Source of the DNA: an uncultured bacterium
GTDB taxonomy: Bacteria; Acidobacteriota; HRBIN11; JAKEFK01
Direction: 5' to 3'
Length of the DNA: 64,000 nt
NCBI GenBank assembly: GCA_963777505.1
Contig: CAVZQN010000001.1
Location: 192,001-256,000 of the forward strand
Position numbers and translations under genes: made by a program. Shown in pieces: positions 58,246 to 64,000 of the stretch. The first letter of the stretch is position 1. The number at the start of each line of letters is the position of its first letter. The notes beneath the pieces were generated by a model, which was not told the origin of the DNA, made no database searches, and was given only the letters and a program-made list of their open reading frames with translations.

Positions 58246-58617
58246 ATGGATATAGAGAAGATTCCGATTGCGTGCGATATGCATGCGTTTGATGATCTAC
58301 AACGCGAGCGATACCAGAATTTGCGCAAAATACTTCTGGCAACCGTGTGTGAAATTCGAGAAGAGCCTGATGGCTACTCATTTTGTTGGAATCATGAAGC
58401 TTCCACGCTTGTTCAGATTTCAGAATGGATTTCATTAGAAAGATTGTGTTGTCCATTTCTTCAATTCACGATTGAAGTTTTGCCAGCCGGTGGGCCTATC
58501 TGGCTGAAGCTTGGAAAAGGACCTGAAATCAAAAACTTTTTGAAGTATGAGTTCGGACGTGCTGCTCAACCTGATGTTATAACTATCTCTCGGCCTGTCA
58601 CTGAAAATTCTCGATGA
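58246..58617 (+). CDS. Small Cys-rich hypothetical protein (IAC...ERxCCPF)
   Basis: PIACD, DGYSF, LERLCCPFLQF. Confidence 0.75.
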   Translation: MDIEKIPIACDMHAFDDLQRERYQNLRKILLATVCEIREEPDGYSFCWNHEASTLVQISEWISLERLCCPFLQFTIEVLPAGGPIWLKLGKGPEIKNFLKYEFGRAAQPDVITISRPVTENSR

Positions 58618-58709
58618 TTTCACTGCTGATCTTAATTGCATTAGTTGTGCTTATTGCTGTGATCGCTGCATTTCTGTTCACATCCAACAAAAAACATCCG
58701 CCGGAATAA
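58614..58709 (+). CDS. 31-aa single-pass membrane small protein (below ORF-track cutoff)
   Basis: MISLLILIALVVLIAVIAAFLFTSNKKHPPE; ATGA overlap upstream, 5 nt to next ATG. Confidence 0.6.
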   Translation: MISLLILIALVVLIAVIAAFLFTSNKKHPPE

Positions 58710-58714
58710 TAAAC

Positions 58715-59842
58715 ATGATTAAAGCCGTAGTTTTAGGCGCGGCCGGCGCGATGGCTGCAGTCGCTATCAAGGATTTACTGGAACTTGGAGGCGATGTGTC
58801 GATCACTGCGGCCGATTTACGCCTGCCTTCTTTCAACGACAAGCGGATTCGTTCAGTCACTGTCGATGTTAAGGACGTTCAAAACACCGGAAGAATGTTG
58901 GAAGGACATGATGTAGTGTTAAATTGCGTCAACTATTACTTCAATGTTCCGGTGATGAAGGCAGCACTGATGGCGCGTGTGCCATACATTGATCTAGGCG
59001 GACTGTATCACGGCACTCTCAAACAATATGAACTTAATAATGAATTTAAAAACGCCGGAATTCCTGCGTTGCTTGGAATGGGGTCAACTCCTGGCATCAC
59101 AAATGTAATGGCCGGTGAACTTGCAGAAAAATTGGATGCTGTTGAAGAGCTTCATGTTCGGGTCGCCTGTTACGATGAAACCGCATCCGGTCCGCTGCCG
59201 GTTCCCTATGCACTTGATACAGTTCTGGATGAATTTGCAATGGAGCCAATGGTTTTTCGTAATGGCAAACCAGAAGCAGTTCGTCCGATGAGTGGAGCAG
59301 AAACACTCAGCTTTCCCCCGCCTGTTGGTGAAATGGAAGCGTTATATACGCTGCATTCGGAAGTTGCGATGTTTCCACGATCCTATCCTTCGTTGAAGGA
59401 GGCAAGCTTTAAGGTTGCTTTTCCAGCCAGCTTTACTGAAAAGATGCGGTTTTTGGTTGAACTTGGAATGGCTTCGCGTGAAAAAATTATAAACGGAGTT
59501 TCGCCGCGTGAAATGCTTCTTGCGCTTGCAGGAAATCAAAATGTCCCGCCTGATGCAATTCCTCGCGATTGTGATGCGCTTCAAGTCATTGCAAAAGGAA
59601 CTAAAAACGGCAAGATTGTAACCTCCATGGCGCAATCGATCATTTTTCCTCATCCGGAATGGAAAATCGCCGCAGGATCTCTGGATACTGGTGTGCCGTT
59701 ATCTATCGGTGCAATGATGTTGGCACGCAATGAAATTTCAGAAGCAGGAGTATTGTGTCCTGAAACTTCTGTTCCCAGACAGCGTTTCTTTGAGGAATTA
59801 AAGCGCCGGGGAATCATTGTCACTTTTTCAGAATCGATCTAA
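58715..59842 (+). CDS. Saccharopine dehydrogenase / lysine 6-dehydrogenase family oxidoreductase
   Basis: VLGAAGAMA, DVVLNCV, YIDLGG, GMGSTPGITNV, HSEV, GVLCPE. Confidence 0.85.
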   Translation: MIKAVVLGAAGAMAAVAIKDLLELGGDVSITAADLRLPSFNDKRIRSVTVDVKDVQNTGRMLEGHDVVLNCVNYYFNVPVMKAALMARVPYIDLGGLYHGTLKQYELNNEFKNAGIPALLGMGSTPGITNVMAGELAEKLDAVEELHVRVACYDETASGPLPVPYALDTVLDEFAMEPMVFRNGKPEAVRPMSGAETLSFPPPVGEMEALYTLHSEVAMFPRSYPSLKEASFKVAFPASFTEKMRFLVELGMASREKIINGVSPREMLLALAGNQNVPPDAIPRDCDALQVIAKGTKNGKIVTSMAQSIIFPHPEWKIAAGSLDTGVPLSIGAMMLARNEISEAGVLCPETSVPRQRFFEELKRRGIIVTFSESI

Positions 59843-59851
59843 CTTCCTGAG

Positions 59852-62110
59852 ATGAAGAATCGTATTGCCCTGTTGCTGATTTTTCTGGCACTCGCCGTTC
59901 TCGCACAAACACCTGCAACGAAACCTAATGTTGTCTTAATTACGATTGACACATTACGCGCTGACAGACTTGGATGTTACGGATACTCAAAAGCTCAAAC
60001 TCCAAATCTGGACCGGCTCGCATCTGAAGGCGTTTTATTCACAAATGCTGTTTCGCATGTTCCATTGACGCGTCCTTCTCACGCAAGCATTTTTACCGGG
60101 TTGTATCCTTTTGAGCATGGAATCCATGACAATATTGCTTCGCCACTGAATTCAAAATTTCCGGTTCTTGCTGAAACCTTAAAAAACAACGGATATCGCA
60201 CAGCAGCATTTGTCGCTTCATTCGTGATCAACTCGCAGTCCGGCCTGCAGCGCGGCTTTGATACATATGAAGATCGGTTTGATCCCAAAAAACAACCAAC
60301 GGATTTTGCGTTGACTCTTGAAAAACGTGGTGACGAAATCCTGGAAGAATTCAAGAATTGGAAATCGACAACTACGCGTGCGCCTTATTTTGCATGGCTG
60401 CATTTTTATGATCCTCATTTTCCATACTCGCCTCCCTCTCCCTATTCGAAGCCTTTTGCGGAACGTCCATATGATGGTGAAGTCGCGTATACGGATGAGT
60501 TGATTGGAAAAACATTGAAGCTTTTCGATAAAAACACTTTGCTGATCGTAACTTCGGATCACGGAGAAAGCCTGGGCGATCATGGAGAAAACGCACATTC
60601 ATACTACATATACGATGCCACTCTTCATGTTCCATTGATTTTTCATTGGCCGAATCGTGTTGCTTCAAAGCAAAAGGTGACAATTCAAGCGCGCTCGGTC
60701 GATTTGTTTCCGACAATTCTGGATCTGCTTTCAATTCAACAACCTTCCAAATTTTCTGGCGTTTCATTAAAACCGTGGCTCAACGCGCAACAACCTTCAG
60801 ACCCATCACATCCTTCGTACAGCGAAGCTTTTACTCCGTGGCTTCATTTCGGATGGAGCCGTCTGATCGGGGTACGTCAGAATGGTTGGAAATACATCGA
60901 AGCGCCGCGGGCGGAACTCTACGATTTATCGGCTGATCCCGGCGAATTGAAAAATTTGTATTCTCAGCAAAAAAACCGGGCCGGTCAAATGAAGCAATGG
61001 CTCTCAAAAGCTGGAGCGCTTGACGTTAAGCCGATACCTGCAACTTCTCCGGAAATGGATCCTGAAATGATAGAGAAACTCGCGAGCCTTGGTTACGCAG
61101 GCGGAGGCGCAACTCCAACTGCAACAGGAAACTTAGCGGATCCAAAAGATAAAATTGATGACTTTAAGCTCTTTAACCGACTGGTTCGTGAAGGAGTTGA
61201 AGATTTCCAGAATAAACGCTACACGCAGGCTGCATCGAAATTTCAAACACTGCGAGACAAACAGGTTCCCAGTTTTGAAGTGCATTACTATCTGGGCCGG
61301 TCCTTGCTGCTATTAAAATCATATGACAAAAGTAGTACGGAGCTGGCGCTTGCCATCCAGAAACTTCCTCACTTTCTGCCGGCATATCGCGATCTGGCAG
61401 ATGCCGAAGAAGGTCGTAAACGCCCGGCCCAAGCCGAGAAAGTCCTATTGGAAGGATTAAAGATGGCGCCCGGAAATCCAACCCTGACGCAGCCTCTGGC
61501 ATGGCTCTATCAGCGGCAAAAGCGATACAAAGATGCAGAGCGTGTGCTGATTGAACAACTCAAGAAATTTCCAGATGACCGCGAAGGAATGTATCGTCTG
61601 GCTGCAGTTTATCGAGACACTCAAAGAGAAGATCAGGCATTAGTGCAGCTACAACAAATCGTAAAAAAATATCCGCAAGAAGCCGAAGCTCACAATCAAA
61701 TTGGAATGATCTATGGTGCACAAAACAAATATGATCAGGCACTTCGTGCGTTTACCACAGCGGCAAAGATCGCGCCTAACGATGAACATATTCGAAAAAA
61801 TCTGGAACTACTGAAGAAACAGATGCCCGCTCCGGCCGCAACTACAATCCGTTTTCGAATCATTCAGACTCGTACGCGAACTGCTGCCGAAACGATCCTT
61901 CGCAAACTGCAACAAGGTGCGGCATGGGAAGAAGTCGCACGTGATTATTCGATTCATCCATCCGCACGAAGTAATATCGCCGTGCTTGAAACATCGACAG
62001 CAGAGCTTGATCCTGCGCTTCAACAACCGCTAGATGCACTGAAACCAGGCCAGGTCAGTCCTGTGATTGAAATTAAATCCGGCTTTTTCCTGCTACGAAA
62101 AGAAGAATAA
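59852..62110 (+). CDS. Sulfatase-like domain + TPR repeats + C-terminal parvulin-like domain
   Basis: Signal peptide; ITIDTLRAD, TRPSHAS, HFYDPH, SDHGE; TPRs; WEEVARDYSIHPS..LKPGQVSPVIEIKSGFFLL. Confidence 0.87.
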   Translation: MKNRIALLLIFLALAVLAQTPATKPNVVLITIDTLRADRLGCYGYSKAQTPNLDRLASEGVLFTNAVSHVPLTRPSHASIFTGLYPFEHGIHDNIASPLNSKFPVLAETLKNNGYRTAAFVASFVINSQSGLQRGFDTYEDRFDPKKQPTDFALTLEKRGDEILEEFKNWKSTTTRAPYFAWLHFYDPHFPYSPPSPYSKPFAERPYDGEVAYTDELIGKTLKLFDKNTLLIVTSDHGESLGDHGENAHSYYIYDATLHVPLIFHWPNRVASKQKVTIQARSVDLFPTILDLLSIQQPSKFSGVSLKPWLNAQQPSDPSHPSYSEAFTPWLHFGWSRLIGVRQNGWKYIEAPRAELYDLSADPGELKNLYSQQKNRAGQMKQWLSKAGALDVKPIPATSPEMDPEMIEKLASLGYAGGGATPTATGNLADPKDKIDDFKLFNRLVREGVEDFQNKRYTQAASKFQTLRDKQVPSFEVHYYLGRSLLLLKSYDKSSTELALAIQKLPHFLPAYRDLADAEEGRKRPAQAEKVLLEGLKMAPGNPTLTQPLAWLYQRQKRYKDAERVLIEQLKKFPDDREGMYRLAAVYRDTQREDQALVQLQQIVKKYPQEAEAHNQIGMIYGAQNKYDQALRAFTTAAKIAPNDEHIRKNLELLKKQMPAPAATTIRFRIIQTRTRTAAETILRKLQQGAAWEEVARDYSIHPSARSNIAVLETSTAELDPALQQPLDALKPGQVSPVIEIKSGFFLLRKEE

Positions 62111-62121
62111 TTTTTTATTAG

Positions 62122-62198
62122 CTCAGCCGCCAAGACGCCATGACGCAAGAATTAATAAATACTCTCCAAACTTGGCGCCTTGGCGTCTTGGCGGTTGA
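62122..62198. repeat. CGCCAAG nonamer inverted repeat
   Basis: CTCAGCCGCCAAGACGCCATGACGCAAG...CTTGGCGCCTTGGCGTCTTGGCGGTTGA. Confidence 0.8.
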
Positions 62199-62303
62199 AC
62201 TGTTCTTTACAGTTATTGAATCCTCCAAAATAGAAAATCGTACAATTTGCAATATGAGCTAAAAAGATAACCGGCAGAGGCTCTGAGTCTCTGCGGTTAA
62301 AAA

Positions 62304-63020
62304 TTACTCAATCCAGCCCCACGGTACACCGGACTTTCGCGCTCGTTCCGTAAATTCATCCCAGCGCAACAGTGCTTCGTTTAATTGCGATTGAACCTCA
62401 TCGAATCGCTTGCATTCCGGAGGCTTCTCAAATGCCTGACTTAAATCACTTGGACGCCGATTGCCACCATAAATTTGAGTGGATTTTTTTTCGCGCGCTT
62501 TCGCACACGAAAATTCAGCCGCAATTTTTCGTTCGCGCAATCCTGTCAGCTCTTTACGCAAATCAGCCGCAGCCTTTCGCCAATACGATTCATCCAAATT
62601 CTTATCCTTTGGTACTTCAGATGCGGTTCCAGAGTCATACTCAGGATCACTTCCAACAGAAATTTCAGGAACTCTGTTCAAATCATCCTTTGTATAAACC
62701 CGTGAATTGCCCGTACGAGTTGCATGCAGCTCACGCGCAACATCGACAACACCCTTTTGTTGAGGTTGCGCCGGATCATCCGGAGGGATTGAATGCTCAG
62801 AAGGACGTCCCTGAGTATTCGCTTTTAGAGTTGCATCCAGATCGACAATGGTTTTCTTGATACTCAAAAAGACGCCGGAGGAATCATGAAGCTGAATCGT
62901 GGATGAATCCTCGCCAACAAGTTTTCCATGCAATTGTTTGCCTGAAAGCAAGACAACCGTGTAAGCGTTACAGACACTGACAAAAAGAATTGAAACAAAA
63001 AGGAAGGAATAGAAACGCAC
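62304..63020 (-). CDS. Secreted hypothetical protein
   Basis: Signal peptide; RVYTKDDL, DESYWRK, ARKSGVPWGWI; coiled coil. Confidence 0.7.
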   Translation of the reverse strand: MRFYSFLFVSILFVSVCNAYTVVLLSGKQLHGKLVGEDSSTIQLHDSSGVFLSIKKTIVDLDATLKANTQGRPSEHSIPPDDPAQPQQKGVVDVARELHATRTGNSRVYTKDDLNRVPEISVGSDPEYDSGTASEVPKDKNLDESYWRKAAADLRKELTGLRERKIAAEFSCAKAREKKSTQIYGGNRRPSDLSQAFEKPPECKRFDEVQSQLNEALLRWDEFTERARKSGVPWGWIE

Positions 63021-63063
63021 GGCAATATCCTTCCCGCCGTTTCAGTAGCAATTTAGAGGCTGG

Positions 63064-64000
63064 TTATTTCTTGACTGGAGCGCTGAGCTGCTGAATACGC
63101 TCTTGAAGCCGTTGAATTTTTGCTTCAAGATCGTTCTTTGTAAAAACAAGCTGTGCTTTCAGCTTCTCCTTTTCCTGATTCATGGACTGAACCTGGCTTC
63201 GGAGCGTTTCAATCTCGTCACCACGCATCCGAAGATCGTCCTGCAAATGGCTGATCGCTTCATCTTTTTCTGTCATTTCAGACATGTGCTTAGAACGAGA
63301 TTCATCATAAACCTTTTTAATTTCTTGCAATTCTTGAATTTTCGAAAAATCCGATAATGGTGCTGCCATTAGATCCTCTCCTCCCATGGGTGATGAACCC
63401 ATCTCCATAAAATCACTTGCAGATATTTCGCCCATTTCACCGGTATGTTCCGACTCTGTCTTCGCGCCAAACAAAAACTTGCGAAGCTCAAGGTCCAAAT
63501 CTGCAGGATTTGTTGAAACTGCCATCGCCGTTTCCTTTGTGATACATCCATTCAAAATCAAAGCGATGAGGGACTGATTCATGCTTTGCATTTTGAAATA
63601 CGCAACAGACTTTTCCATCTCTTCTTCGATTTCACCCACGCTGCCTTCAAGTATCAACTTATGAATGCGAGGGTTATCACGTAAGATTTCTACTGCCGCA
63701 ATCAAACCAGGCCCATCACAACGCGCAACTAGCTTTAATGAAATAATTCCTTTCAAAACCTGCGATAGCTGAATTCGAATTTGCCGGTGCTGACCCTCAG
63801 GAAAGCTATCGATAATACGATCAATACTCTGTGCAGCGCTATTTGTGTGAAGTGTGCTAAAGACCAGATGTCCGGTTTCGGCTGCAGTCATGGCTGTAAT
63901 AATTGTTTCCGAATCACGCATTTCGCCAACCATGATGACATCAGGATCCTGACGCAAAGTATTGCGCAGCGCTTGTTGGAAAGTAGTTGTGTCATCTCCA
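63064..64000 (-). CDS. PilT/PilU family type IV pilus ATPase, C-terminal part, with coiled-coil extension (5' end outside window)
   Basis: [43 protein letters not shown]. Confidence 0.88.
   Translation of the reverse strand, partial: GDDTTTFQQALRNTLRQDPDVIMVGEMRDSETIITAMTAAETGHLVFSTLHTNSAAQSIDRIIDSFPEGQHRQIRIQLSQVLKGIISLKLVARCDGPGLIAAVEILRDNPRIHKLILEGSVGEIEEEMEKSVAYFKMQSMNQSLIALILNGCITKETAMAVSTNPADLDLELRKFLFGAKTESEHTGEMGEISASDFMEMGSSPMGGEDLMAAPLSDFSKIQELQEIKKVYDESRSKHMSEMTEKDEAISHLQDDLRMRGDEIETLRSQVQSMNQEKEKLKAQLVFTKNDLEAKIQRLQERIQQLSAPVKK

Noticed and set aside
3248-62300. Integron cassette array
   Set aside because: No integrase; the repeats lack consistent RYYYAAC/GTTRRRY ends and the genes are in mixed orientation

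Overview
Bacterial chromosomal window, about 43% GC by eye and gene-dense (about 50 CDS). The gene content (sulfatase-TPR fusions, Ser/Thr kinase-TolB-TPR, ECF sigma/anti-sigma cassette, secreted peptidases) resembles Acidobacteriota, which is an inference. I found no rRNA, tRNA, CRISPR array, transposase or integrase. Recognisable modules: Lrp-MarC; moaC/mog; UbiA prenyltransferase; a GC-rich lipoprotein gene beside a broken Ser/Thr kinase; Ycf46-like AAA ATPase and a pentapeptide protein; an uncharacterised esterase / ATP-grasp / circularly permuted ATP-grasp / cNMP-domain operon; BON, SRPBCC and topoisomerase IB genes; modBC-alkA-ogt; a putrescine uptake and catabolism locus (potABCD, ALDH, gabT, patA); LytS/LytTR; an ECF cassette; and a PilT-family ATPase. 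Several single-base frameshifts, some in homopolymers, suggest long-read assembly errors. The most striking non-genic signal is at least five families of small palindromic or tandem-unit repeats at many gene junctions. One 9-mer family repeatedly abuts stop codons and brackets a whole gene as direct repeats. Also seen: several leaderless-type promoters, an unannotated 31-aa membrane ORF and a possible internal start in the PilT gene.
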